Below are positions 29,506 to 39,461 of a DNA stretch of 64,000 nt, piece by piece (position 1 is the first letter of the stretch; the number at the start of each line of letters is the position of its first letter). A model generated the notes under the pieces. The model was not told where the DNA came from. It saw nothing but the letters and a program-made list of their open reading frames with translations, and ran no database searches. The position numbers and the translations under genes are program-made. The DNA comes from Candidatus Poribacteria bacterium (lineage in GTDB: Bacteria; Poribacteria; WGA-4E; WGA-3G). The stretch is taken from the NCBI GenBank assembly GCA_963665235.2, contig CAXXLX010000001.1, forward strand, positions 2,944,001-3,008,000. The letters run 5' to 3'.

Positions 29506-30471
29506 TTAGAGATCAATAGCTTTACCGGTTCTGAACGATGTGCTTGCGGCAAGCATGATACGGAGTGTTTGCAACGCATCGCTGTAAGGCGATAGAATTT
29601 TGGAATCGTCTCCGGTTTTAACAGCGTCAATAAAAACACGGTCTCTATCTTGTCCGCCGGCACCGGAAAGCGGTTCCGTTTCGCCTCTACGGTTGGCGTT
29701 GTTTGGCCCCCCGACAGTGACGACGAGTCCGCGTGTGAACACCTCAAGGTGAACGCGTCCGAACCCCTCTAGGGCGCAAGCGGAGACGATGTTGGCGACT
29801 GCCCCGTTCTCAAATTCAATATTGACCATGCTAATATCATCTACGTCGTAGTTTTCGATATGCGTCATACTGCCGCTTGCGGCGACCCCGTGGACGGTTT
29901 TACCGTCACTGCCGACGAGGAAACGGGCAAGATCGAAGATATGTGTTGTCTGTTCGACGTGCTGTCCGCCGGATTGGGCGCGGACGCGCCACCAGGGAGT
30001 GCCGGGCATGCCGCCCATCCAATAGCCGAGTGCGCCGAGGATTTGCGGTTGCTCCTCAAGCATCGCCTTTGCATTTTGGGCATTTCCGCCGTAGCGCCAA
30101 TGATAACCGACACTTGTGATAGTACCGCTCTGTTCGACGTACTCATTGATGATGACTGCGGGCTCCATTTCAGAATGAATCGGTTTTTCGATAAACATAG
30201 CGATTCCCTGTTCGCAAGCGATACGTTCCTGTTCACCGTGTGCAAACGGGGGTGTGCAGATATAAACCGCGTCCAAATCCTCTTTATCGTACATGACCCG
30301 ATAGTCGGTATATGCGTTTCCGCCAAATTCTTCGGCGCGAGATTTCGCCCGGTCCTCTGAAATATCACACATGGCACAGAATTCAACATCTTCAAAGTTG
30401 TCTTTCAGGTTGCGCATGTGCGCGCCTGCCATGCCGCCTGTACCGATGAAACCAAGTTTAACTTTGTCCAT
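29506..30471 (-). CDS. Gfo/Idh/MocA oxidoreductase
   Basis: GFIGTGGM, CTPPFAH, IEKP. Confidence 0.92.
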   Translation of the reverse strand: MDKVKLGFIGTGGMAGAHMRNLKDNFEDVEFCAMCDISEDRAKSRAEEFGGNAYTDYRVMYDKEDLDAVYICTPPFAHGEQERIACEQGIAMFIEKPIHSEMEPAVIINEYVEQSGTITSVGYHWRYGGNAQNAKAMLEEQPQILGALGYWMGGMPGTPWWRVRAQSGGQHVEQTTHIFDLARFLVGSDGKTVHGVAASGSMTHIENYDVDDISMVNIEFENGAVANIVSACALEGFGRVHLEVFTRGLVVTVGGPNNANRRGETEPLSGAGGQDRDRVFIDAVKTGDDSKILSPYSDALQTLRIMLAASTSFRTGKAIDL

Positions 30472-30617
30472 ACATTCTCCTTCAAAAATAGGTCGTAATG
30501 GAAAATTCATTAATTTTTTAATAGTTTACCAAAATTGAACTTTTATTGCAAGCAATATGCAAATGTGCTATAATTTTCTTTGTAAGATTCATAACATAAT
30601 TCATAAAAGGAAACATT

Positions 30618-31130
30618 ATGAAAATTTTATTGATAGTTCTTATCTTAATCTGTGCTACACCGGTGTTAGCACAAATCACGCCAGAGGAATTTCGCGCTAT
30701 CCTGAAGGAGGAAATAACTGCCTCTGAAAATCGTATGCGTGCAGAGTTTCAAGCTATTGTCAAAGAAACGGCTGCCGAATCTGAAAATCGTATGCGTGCA
30801 GAGTTTCAAGCTATTGTCAAAGAAACAGCTGCCGAATTAGAAAAGGATATGCGCGAATACGTTAAATTGAATTTTGAGAAACTCGAGATACAAATGGTAG
30901 AGTTTGATAAGCGTTTAGGCGTGTTCGACAAACGTTTAGACGATTTAAGTAAATCGGTCGGTTTCATATCTGTCATTGTGCAGGTACTGTTTGCGTTCGT
31001 GGCACTTGCTATCGGTCTACCGCAAATCGTAAATACCTTCAGAAACCGAAATTATCGTACGCAACAGGACAGTTCACCGAAAGACCCGTCACCGAACAGC
31101 CCAAAAGCTGAAGAAACACTGGAGACATAA
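30618..31130 (+). CDS. secreted/membrane coiled-coil protein with a 57-bp tandem duplication (30723-30837)
   Basis: Signal peptide; SENRMRAEFQAIVKETAAE occurs twice; C-terminal TM segment. Confidence 0.75.
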   Translation: MKILLIVLILICATPVLAQITPEEFRAILKEEITASENRMRAEFQAIVKETAAESENRMRAEFQAIVKETAAELEKDMREYVKLNFEKLEIQMVEFDKRLGVFDKRLDDLSKSVGFISVIVQVLFAFVALAIGLPQIVNTFRNRNYRTQQDSSPKDPSPNSPKAEETLET

Positions 31131-31219
31131 AATAAAGACTCACGGAAATACGATACAAAGCGAAAAGACTACGCAACTTTATATGGGCACGACACCTAAA
31201 GGATAGGAGGAAAAACGGG

Positions 31220-32011
31220 GTGGATTTCAAATTTGGATATAGCACGTTGCGTTGGCAGGAGCCGGATTTTGAGGAGCTGCTAACGCAACTCAAGGATGCA
31301 GGTTGGGATGGCTGGGAGATGCGGCAATCTTTGGAATGGGTTGGTACAGCACAACAGATTCGTCAGGTGTGTGATAATGTAGCGTTGCCTATTGCTGCTG
31401 TTACTGCCCGCGGGCTGCCGATTGACAAAAATTTTGATCAGATGGAACGCAATAAACGGAGAATTGACTTCGCAGCAGAGGTTGAGGCAGACTGCTTTAT
31501 GTTCATGGGCGCGGGGAAACCGAGCGACCGCCCGGTGAACAATTCCGATCTGGCGGCACTGGCTGATGTTTCTGAAGAGTGGGCTGAATACGCATCACAA
31601 TACGGGTTGGATGTCTGTTATCATATCCACACAAACACAACGGTAGACTCTATTGAGGATTGGGCAAAATATATGAGCTTGCTCCGAAAGTGCAAGTTGT
31701 GCATAGATGTGTCGCATTCCGCCCTCTGGGGGTATGAGCCGAGCGAATCTATTCGTCGCTATAGCGATGTGCTCGTTTATGTCCACCTTCAGGATTATAG
31801 CAGTGCTACAGGTGGAGACGGGGCGCGGTATGATGTGGATTGGGTGGATGTCGGGGGCGGCACGGCGATGGATTTCCCGAAGATTATGTCCACCTTGGAA
31901 GACATCGGCTATGACCGATGGATTACTGCTTGCCCGGGGATGGTCGAGGACCGTTCCGATGAAGAACGAATGACTGTGAATCGCGAGTATTTACGGCAGT
32001 TAGGTTATTAG
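31220..32011 (+). CDS. sugar phosphate isomerase/epimerase (IolE-like TIM barrel)
   Basis: YHIH, CIDVSH, VHLQD; RBS AGGAGG. Confidence 0.85.
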   Translation: MDFKFGYSTLRWQEPDFEELLTQLKDAGWDGWEMRQSLEWVGTAQQIRQVCDNVALPIAAVTARGLPIDKNFDQMERNKRRIDFAAEVEADCFMFMGAGKPSDRPVNNSDLAALADVSEEWAEYASQYGLDVCYHIHTNTTVDSIEDWAKYMSLLRKCKLCIDVSHSALWGYEPSESIRRYSDVLVYVHLQDYSSATGGDGARYDVDWVDVGGGTAMDFPKIMSTLEDIGYDRWITACPGMVEDRSDEERMTVNREYLRQLGY

Positions 32012-32073
32012 GATTTTTTTTCGGTTTTGGTGCCAAATTTCAAGCACGAAACAGCCTAAAGGAGGACACAAAA

Positions 32074-33891
32074 ATGAACACATCGGCAGGTGAACTCCGC
32101 TCTATTCTCGCCACGGATTGTGGCAGTACAACCACGAAAGCAATCCTCATTGAAAAACGGGGGGATGAATATCAACTCATCGTCCGCGGTGAAGCCCCTA
32201 CGACCGTAGAAGCCCCAGTGGAAGACGTAACGGCAGGCGTTATCAACGCTATCACGGAGGTAGAGGAGCTTGCCGGCCGCAGGCTGCTTGACGATGGCGT
32301 TATCATCAAACCGCAAAACGGCGATGCAGGGGTCGATATCTATATTTCAACGAGCAGTGCTGGCGGCGGGTTGCAGATGATGGTAGCGGGGGTTGTCCGA
32401 AATCTGACAGCTGAAAGTGCGGAACGCGCTGCACTCGGTGCTGGCGCGATTGTCATGGATGTCATTGCCTCTAATGACAAACGTCTACCGCACGAAAAAA
32501 TTGAACGGATTCGGCAGCTTCGGCCCGATATGCTCCTTCTCTCTGGGGGCGTGGACGGCGGTACAACATCCCATGTCGTTGAGTTGGCGGAGATTATCGC
32601 TGCTGCGAAACCGCAACCCCGGCTCGGCATCGCTTACGAACTTCCGCTTATTTATGCCGGAAATAAAGATGCGCGTGAACCGATTCAGGAACGCTTAGCA
32701 GATGTTATGTCTCTAGAGATAGTGGACAACCTCCGCCCTGTTCTAGAACGTGAAGAGCTTATGCCAACTCGACACAAGATTCAGGAACAATTCCTAGAAC
32801 ACGTCATGGCGCATGCCCCAGGATACAAGAAGCTCATTGACTGGACAGATGCCCCGATTATGCCGACACCGGGGGCTGTGGGTGAAATAATTCAGACAGT
32901 TTCATCGCAGCAGGATATTGAGGTGGTCGGTGTAGACATCGGCGGGGCAACTACTGATGTGTTCTCCGTGTTTAAAAACAAAGAAGCCGACCCTATCTTT
33001 AACCGAACGGTTAGTGCCAACCTCGGTATGAGTTATAGTGTCTCCAATGTTTTGGCTGAAGCTGGTTTAGAAAACGTCTTGCGGTGGGTACCGTTTGAAA
33101 TTGAGGTGGGTGACCTGCGGAATCGGGTGAAAAATAAAATGATTCGTCCGACAACGATTCCGCAAACCTTACAAGAACTGATTTTGGAGCAGGCGATTGC
33201 ACGTGAAGCTCTACGGCTTGCGTTTGAGCAGCATAAACAATTAGCGGTAGAATTGCGGGGTGTGCAACAGCAGCGCACTATCTCTGAAGCTTTCGATCAG
33301 GCGGAAAGTGGACAAACGCTCGTCAATATGCTCGCTTTAAATATGTTAGTCGGAAGTGGGGGGGTTTTATCACATGCACCCCGCCGACAACAAGCGATGC
33401 TCATGATGATTGACGCGTTCCAACCGGAGGGTTTGACACATCTTGCCGTCGATAGCATCTTCATGATGCCACAGCTCGGTGTCTTGGCGCAGGTCAATGC
33501 GGAAGCGGCCACCCAGGTATTTGAACGGGATTGCCTGATTCACCTGGGTACCTGTATTGCGCCTATCGGTGTCGGCAAGGCAGGAGAAACGTGCCTCTCT
33601 ATTGAACTCAACCTTCCTGATAAGCCGGGACACACTGAGGAGATTCCTTACGGTGAATTACGGAGGTATCCGCTTGCATTGGATGAAAAGGCAACGGTGA
33701 AGCTTCAACCAACGCGGCGGTTTGACCTCGGTGCGGGACGGGGGCACGAAGTTGAAATGGAAGCGATGGGTGGCGTTGTCGGTCTCGTTATTGATACCCG
33801 CGGCAGACCGCTTGAAATTCCTGGCGATTCTGCACAACGCGTGGCACAACTCAGCAAATGGCAGGAAGCCCTGGAGGCATATCCATCTTGA
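32074..33891 (+). CDS. glutamate mutase L (GlmL)-like ASKHA ATPase
   Basis: TDCGSTTTKA, SSAGGGL, MPTP, VDIGGATTDVFS. Confidence 0.85.
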   Translation: MNTSAGELRSILATDCGSTTTKAILIEKRGDEYQLIVRGEAPTTVEAPVEDVTAGVINAITEVEELAGRRLLDDGVIIKPQNGDAGVDIYISTSSAGGGLQMMVAGVVRNLTAESAERAALGAGAIVMDVIASNDKRLPHEKIERIRQLRPDMLLLSGGVDGGTTSHVVELAEIIAAAKPQPRLGIAYELPLIYAGNKDAREPIQERLADVMSLEIVDNLRPVLEREELMPTRHKIQEQFLEHVMAHAPGYKKLIDWTDAPIMPTPGAVGEIIQTVSSQQDIEVVGVDIGGATTDVFSVFKNKEADPIFNRTVSANLGMSYSVSNVLAEAGLENVLRWVPFEIEVGDLRNRVKNKMIRPTTIPQTLQELILEQAIAREALRLAFEQHKQLAVELRGVQQQRTISEAFDQAESGQTLVNMLALNMLVGSGGVLSHAPRRQQAMLMMIDAFQPEGLTHLAVDSIFMMPQLGVLAQVNAEAATQVFERDCLIHLGTCIAPIGVGKAGETCLSIELNLPDKPGHTEEIPYGELRRYPLALDEKATVKLQPTRRFDLGAGRGHEVEMEAMGGVVGLVIDTRGRPLEIPGDSAQRVAQLSKWQEALEAYPS

Positions 33892-33940
33892 TTCAGGTTT
33901 TTGTCCATTTTAGGGTAAATATTAGGAAGGGATTTTTCGC

Positions 33941-34642
33941 ATGAACATTGAACGCGCCACTATAGATGAACTGCTCACACAGATTCGCCAGCACCTACTG
34001 CCACAAGTTGTAAGTCTTGCCGAGTTTCAAACAACTAATGGCTTGCACGAATTTCGGAGTCGGTTACATAGTATCCATTACTACTGTGTCCGTGCCGAAT
34101 TGCCGACCGCGCTGAGTGCTCATGTCGAGGTATTGCTTTCAACGAGTGCAAGCTTTTGGCATCTCATCGCTGACAACGAATTGGCGTTGACAAATCTGAA
34201 GGATTTTACACGCGTGCGGACCCTGTCCGCAGAGGCAGAAGGGATTACCAACCTGGAGGAACTGCTGTCCGGTGAGGATACCCTTCGCGATGTGATTATC
34301 AATAGCATCGCGTTTATGCTGAATTGGAAGGCGAATACCCTATGGGTCGACTCAGCGAAGCGTGCCCAGACCGCTATGACCAAAAATTATATGCTGGAAA
34401 TTCAGGACCGGATTTGGCAGTTTATCAAAGAGAGCACGCCGAAAACAGAACCGATTGACGCGGGGCAGTCTGAACAAATTCGGGAACGTGCTGACAAATT
34501 CATGAAGTTCATCCAAGCAAGCGAGCTGACCCCTGAAGCACAGGTTACCCTATTGATGCAGATTTATACCATGTTGCTACGGCTCCAACTTGGACAGCTG
34601 ATTATTCAATTGGAAGCCCTTCAGGCTGATGAAACCGATTAG
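33941..34642 (+). CDS. hypothetical helical protein
   Basis: 233-aa ORF in operon orientation. Confidence 0.65.
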   Translation: MNIERATIDELLTQIRQHLLPQVVSLAEFQTTNGLHEFRSRLHSIHYYCVRAELPTALSAHVEVLLSTSASFWHLIADNELALTNLKDFTRVRTLSAEAEGITNLEELLSGEDTLRDVIINSIAFMLNWKANTLWVDSAKRAQTAMTKNYMLEIQDRIWQFIKESTPKTEPIDAGQSEQIRERADKFMKFIQASELTPEAQVTLLMQIYTMLLRLQLGQLIIQLEALQADETD

Positions 34643-34695
34643 ACATTGACCTTCAGTTTTCTCTGGTGCTCCCCGATATTCAAGGAATGGATTTT

Positions 34696-35475
34696 ATGGA
34701 AAAAGAACTGTTTGAAGCACTTGTCCAAGTCGTTGCAAGGTTAAGAGGTGAAGATGGATGCCCTTGGGACAGAGAGCAGACCCCCGAAACGTTGAAGTCT
34801 ACGCTCATTGAAGAAACCTACGAGACCCTCGAAGCGATTGATAGTGGCGATTCAGGAAAATTGAAAGAGGAATTAGGCGATATTCTCCTGAACATCCTGC
34901 TGCAAGCACAAATTGCCTCAGAAAATCGGGATTTCGACATCTACGATGTGATTGAAACGTTGACAGAGAAGCTGATTCGGCGGCACCCGCATGTCTTTGG
35001 CGATGTGCAAGCGGATGATGCAGAGGCAGTTATGAAAAATTGGGAAGCTATTAAACGTCAAGAGGCGGGTTATGAGGACAGAAAATCGGTGCTTGATGGC
35101 ATTCCGAACGCCTTACCTGCTTTGTTGCGCGCTCAGAAGGTCCAAAAACGCGCAGCGCGGGTCGGTTTCGATTGGCAAAATATCGCGGATGTAATGGCGA
35201 AAGTGGATGAAGAACTCACAGAGGTGAAAGAGAGCCTCTCCAAAGATAACCCGGATGCGGTTGAAATGGAAATCGGTGACCTTCTATTTGCCGTCGTGAA
35301 TCTATGCCGTTTTGTGGACATGGAAGCCGAGGAGACGTTGCGAAAGGCAAACCGCAAATTCATCGCACGTTTCAAACGGATAGAGGCTGAATTGGAGAAA
35401 CAGGGTAAAACTTTTGAAGACCAAACGCTCGCCCAACTTGACGCAATTTGGGAGGCGGTAAAAAAAGAGGAGTGA
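34696..35475 (+). CDS. mazG: nucleoside triphosphate pyrophosphohydrolase MazG
   Basis: GCPWDREQT, EELGD, RRHPHVF, EIGDLLF. Confidence 0.95.
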   Translation: MEKELFEALVQVVARLRGEDGCPWDREQTPETLKSTLIEETYETLEAIDSGDSGKLKEELGDILLNILLQAQIASENRDFDIYDVIETLTEKLIRRHPHVFGDVQADDAEAVMKNWEAIKRQEAGYEDRKSVLDGIPNALPALLRAQKVQKRAARVGFDWQNIADVMAKVDEELTEVKESLSKDNPDAVEMEIGDLLFAVVNLCRFVDMEAEETLRKANRKFIARFKRIEAELEKQGKTFEDQTLAQLDAIWEAVKKEE

Positions 35476-36206
35476 TGAACCCGTTTGAAAGATTCCAAGC
35501 AGACCCAGAATATGTGCAGCTTTCCCAACGTGTCGATGCCTTGAGTTCGGATGCACCGCCTGAATTAGCAATTGTCCATCGTCCGCCTTCCGCTATTTGT
35601 GAGTCGGGACAGAGACTCGGTATTTTTTCGGGTTCTTTCAATCCGCTTACTGTTGCACATACCAAAATAGTTGAGGAGGCGCAAGCGCGGTTCCAATTAG
35701 ATGAGTTGTTACTGCTGCTCGCCAAGTCGAATGTGGATAAAGCGGTATTTGGATGGCCGCTATCCGGACGGCTGCTCACACTCAAACGTTATGCGGAGAG
35801 CCGGGCTGGGGTATCGGTTGCGCTCTCCAGCCATGGCCGCTATCTTGACAAAATATTGGCTTTAAAAGCGGTGTACCCACTACAAACTGAGTATCATTTC
35901 ATTGTGGGGTACGATACATTGGTGCGGATTTTTGACCCAAAATACTACACCGATGTTCATGCAGCGTTGCGGCAGCTTTTTGCGGCGTGCCGTTTCATCG
36001 CCGTTAATAGGGCCCAAGCGGATGCTGAGGCGATAACGGAATTTCTTGTGCAACCCGCTATCCGACCCTATAGTGAATTTATAACGTATCTAGAACTTCC
36101 AGATTTTTATGCCCAGATTTCCTCTACAGCTGTGCGCGAGCGAATTGCGCGAGGCGATACAATCTCTCACCTTGTGCCGCCAATTATCACCGAATTTTTA
36201 GACTAA
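35475..36206 (+). CDS. nicotinate-nucleotide adenylyltransferase-like
   Basis: GSFNPLTVAH, VGYDT, ISSTAVR; TGATG coupling to mazG. Confidence 0.82.
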   Translation: MNPFERFQADPEYVQLSQRVDALSSDAPPELAIVHRPPSAICESGQRLGIFSGSFNPLTVAHTKIVEEAQARFQLDELLLLLAKSNVDKAVFGWPLSGRLLTLKRYAESRAGVSVALSSHGRYLDKILALKAVYPLQTEYHFIVGYDTLVRIFDPKYYTDVHAALRQLFAACRFIAVNRAQADAEAITEFLVQPAIRPYSEFITYLELPDFYAQISSTAVRERIARGDTISHLVPPIITEFLD

Positions 36207-36775
36207 CTCCACTGATACTGAATAACCGGTTTTCCCAATTTTTTGCAGGTATAGATATGGGCATCCAGATGTTCACAATGTAGGCAGGAACGTGGAGAGC
36301 GGTTTTCAGAAGCAAGTTCAAAATGGGCGCAGTTTTCTGCGATTTCAGTCATTTCTTGCTGATGTGCTTTGGAAACAGCCTCATCTAAACTCGGTGTTGC
36401 TGCTCTGTCTATTGCGCGTTCCGTTTCGCCAAGCTGTTCCCAGATGCTGTTAATCACCTCTGTCAATATTGCGCGATATGTTTGTTCGCCTGGGGGTTCA
36501 GGGGAATAAAGAATCACCTCATTTTGGAGGCAATAAGTGGCGAGTCCTTTGAGTCTGCTGGTATCGCCTTTCCCGTATTCCTTTCGCAATTCTGCTTTGA
36601 AGCTTTGCTGAAATTCATCCCATTCAATGGCGCGGGTCTCCCACTTTTCCAATAACGGCAAAGAGGGTGTAAGTTCCGGAATCGCCCGGATTCCTGCTAC
36701 TGTTTCATGGCTGATAGCAAACTGATTTTGTGGTCCTGTTTCTGGACGATTTTCAAGTGCATCTAAATATAACAT
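36203..36775 (-). CDS. DUF488-like protein with C-terminal Cys cluster
   Basis: PELTPS..LL..W....I.WDEF; C..F...SCLHC...C. Confidence 0.6.
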   Translation of the reverse strand: MLYLDALENRPETGPQNQFAISHETVAGIRAIPELTPSLPLLEKWETRAIEWDEFQQSFKAELRKEYGKGDTSRLKGLATYCLQNEVILYSPEPPGEQTYRAILTEVINSIWEQLGETERAIDRAATPSLDEAVSKAHQQEMTEIAENCAHFELASENRSPRSCLHCEHLDAHIYTCKKLGKPVIQYQWS

Positions 36776-37120
36776 ATTTCTACCTCATCAGAAGTGCTTA
36801 TGTCTTAGTTCTTTTTATTTTAACGTTAAAACTAAAATAAGGTTACGTTTTATATTTATGGGTTTCGTGTCTAGAAGCATGTCTCTATTTTAACACACCC
36901 TGTCTCACAGTTTCCACTCTGTTTTTTCGCTCCCTTTGGGTTTTAATGGCGCAGAGTCTATCAGTACTTTTAGCAGTTGTCCTCTGACATGTCCTTTGCG
37001 AAGACCTTTTGATTCCCTAGTGTCCACAGGATAATTCGGATACCGTAGTGCCGCGTCTCTACCGGATACGTCTGCGGTGTGTGGCGGATAAAAACCGAGT
37101 GCATGTTATTTTTTTTAGAG

Positions 37121-37136
37121 TGGCACGGTTCTTGCG
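37121..37136 (+). promoter_or_regulatory. sigma54 (-24/-12) promoter
   Basis: TGGCACG-GTTC-TTGC matches the consensus; intergenic. Confidence 0.7.
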
Positions 37137-37165
37137 TAACTACATTCAAGCGGTTATTTTGAAAC

Positions 37166-37194
37166 TTGACAGAGGATTCATCGTTTAGTATAAC
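37166..37194 (+). promoter_or_regulatory. sigma70 promoter
   Basis: TTGACA-17 nt-TATAAC. Confidence 0.55.
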
Positions 37195-37398
37195 AACTAT
37201 TTTTCATAGGTGACTGCATTGGGTGAACAGAACATCAAAAAACTTGTCAAACGCGGTGTTTGACAAAACATTTGAGACGTTTTGTACACCTTAATTAAAG
37301 CTTATGAAATAACTTCGATTTTACTGAATTAGGCAAAATACATAAGGGTGCTCCTGTTGAGCACTGTGTGAAGTTTAGGTTTGTAGGAGGCACGATTG

Positions 37399-37554
37399 AT
37401 GTTTAACGTAATTCTTGTAGGCGGTTTATGTACGGCGATGGGGATTGGTGCCGGTTACTTAATTCTCAACGCGTTTTTCGCAGGCGTTCAATATATTGCT
37501 AAACCCCGTGTGGTTGATGTTAAAGATACCTCGCAAAAAATACTTGACAATTGA
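37399..37554 (+). CDS. 51-aa small membrane protein (not in the ORF track)
   Basis: RBS AGGAGG; MFNVILVGGLCTAMGIGAGYLILNAFFAGVQYIAKPRVVDVKDTSQKILDN. Confidence 0.7.
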   Translation: MFNVILVGGLCTAMGIGAGYLILNAFFAGVQYIAKPRVVDVKDTSQKILDN

Positions 37555-37581
37555 CCCCGTTTGTATTATCGTATAATTTAA

Positions 37582-37912
37582 GTTGCACGTTGAGGAGCGG
37601 GGTTTCACCCCGAATCCTGTCTATTGAGACAAGCATAGCACCACAATGTAATGCGAATTAACGCGGAGCAAACCGAAGACCACACTCTTTTGAGAGTCAA
37701 CTGGCACTGTGTTTGTGGATGAGATGCCGATTGGGAAGCTGGTATACCGCGATGGACCTATCGCCCAGAGGACAATCTATATCAAAAAAGACGAAATGCG
37801 TGCAACGCAATCGATATTTGAGAACGAATAGGGAGTGCGTTCCGTAACGAAACGGAAATCGGTTGTGGAACGCGCTACTTCCTGTCAACAACGGTTTTCG
37901 TGAGAAAGCCAT
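37582..37912 (+). other. candidate structured transcript (ncRNA or small Sec-containing ORF)
   Basis: TTGACA 37544 and TATAAT 37572 upstream; GTTGCACG/CGTGCAAC closing stem; many hairpins. Confidence 0.35.
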
Positions 37913-37929
37913 AACATGCAGCAGCGGAT

Positions 37930-38619
37930 ATGCAGTATCAAGACCTTCATTCCTGGGATGTTACGCCCGAAGAAGCGCGGCATATCCAAAATAGACTGCG
38001 CCCGAAGGTAATCCAGATGGACCGCTTTGGGACCATCAAAACCGTTGCGGGGATGGATATCGGGTTCAGAAATAAAGCAGCCCGCGCCTCCGTGGTCGTC
38101 CTTAGTTTCCCCGATTTGCAGTTAGTAGAATGTGTCGTTGCTGAAAGTCCTATCTGTTTTCCTTATATCCCGGGGTTGCTATCATTTCGGGAAATTCCGC
38201 CGCTTCTAGCGGCGTTTACACGTTTACAAACAGAGCCGGACCTCGTGATAGTGGATGGGCAAGGCATTGCGCACCCGAGACGGTTCGGGCTTGCATCACA
38301 TCTCGGTCTGGTTTTGGATAAACCGACGATTGGATGTGCCAAGTCGCGGCTGTGGGGCCGATACACCGAGCCCGACACGGAACAAGGAGCTTATACGTAC
38401 CTGATGGACAACGACGATGTTATCGGTGCGGCTGTCCGCACCCGCGCAAACGTTCGCGTGGTGTATATATCCATAGGACACCGTATCTCCTTGGATTCGG
38501 CATGCATGTTGACGCAGGCGTGTTGCCGAGGGTATCGCTTACCCGAAACTACCCGTTATGCACACAACGCCGCGTCCGGTAAAATCCCTGAGCGCACCCC
38601 ATCTGTTTCGGAAACGTAG
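37930..38619 (+). CDS. nfi: endonuclease V
   Basis: FPYIPGLLSFRE, DGQGIAHPRRFGLASH, IGCAKS, YRLPE. Confidence 0.96.
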   Translation: MQYQDLHSWDVTPEEARHIQNRLRPKVIQMDRFGTIKTVAGMDIGFRNKAARASVVVLSFPDLQLVECVVAESPICFPYIPGLLSFREIPPLLAAFTRLQTEPDLVIVDGQGIAHPRRFGLASHLGLVLDKPTIGCAKSRLWGRYTEPDTEQGAYTYLMDNDDVIGAAVRTRANVRVVYISIGHRISLDSACMLTQACCRGYRLPETTRYAHNAASGKIPERTPSVSET

Positions 38620-38660
38620 GACAGCATTCGAAACGTGTCCATCTAAGTATAAAAAATGCG

Positions 38661-39461
38661 ATGAACGCTAGTACCCCCCTACACTGGTCGTTTGACTACA
38701 ATCAGGGCGCGCAAAACCCCGAATTTGCACAAACATTGCTAAAAACGCTTCGTGGATACGACACGAAATCTGATACAAGGCACAGAGACGCGGCGACCGT
38801 TGTTACGCACGTCTACGAAGTCCTGCCAAACTTCTGGCGCGGCTATAAGCGGGCAACGCCGCGGGAGAAAACACTGTGCATCGGTACCGCTATTGTTGAA
38901 CGGCAGAAGGACGATGCAGATATATGGAATTATTCTGTCCGATACGAGAATACGACAAGTGGAGAGGATGTGAGGCTCAAATTCCGATGTGCTGATGAGG
39001 ACTACCGTCCCCTTACAGACAGATGGCATGTCGGGACGCAAAATAGTGGAGACGATGTATATTCCAGCTTGACGTGTGATGGATATCTCACCTTAAATGC
39101 TGAGATTCGGCTCCGTATCAACGCCACTGAAATTGTCGCAGGAATCGTGAACGATGCCTTACCTTTGACGTGCAATTGGGCACTCTTCGATGTGATTCCT
39201 GCACTCGCGGATACAATTCAAACGTCAGCTATAGGGGTAAACATCGCCCTGCTTGATGACCTAGAACAATTTAGACCGAAAAATAGACTAGGGTTCCTTG
39301 AGTCTATACACGTGCCTATTCCGCTTGATGGCTATTACCTTTACGGCACAGGTGTCCTGCCCTCCTATTGGTGGCTTGATAGCTATGGAAATGTGGCTAT
39401 TGTTTCAAGTGTTTTTGAGACGTTGGTGCTTAAAGAGAAACGGGGACACTTTCATGGATAA
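38661..39461 (+). CDS. hypothetical protein
   Basis: 266-aa ORF overlapping the sulfatase start. Confidence 0.65.
   Translation: MNASTPLHWSFDYNQGAQNPEFAQTLLKTLRGYDTKSDTRHRDAATVVTHVYEVLPNFWRGYKRATPREKTLCIGTAIVERQKDDADIWNYSVRYENTTSGEDVRLKFRCADEDYRPLTDRWHVGTQNSGDDVYSSLTCDGYLTLNAEIRLRINATEIVAGIVNDALPLTCNWALFDVIPALADTIQTSAIGVNIALLDDLEQFRPKNRLGFLESIHVPIPLDGYYLYGTGVLPSYWWLDSYGNVAIVSSVFETLVLKEKRGHFHG

Noticed and set aside
37700-37780. Cobalamin riboswitch (GCACTG...GGGAAG)
   Set aside because: The 5' core and B12 box are not recognisable, and the downstream gene is not B12-related
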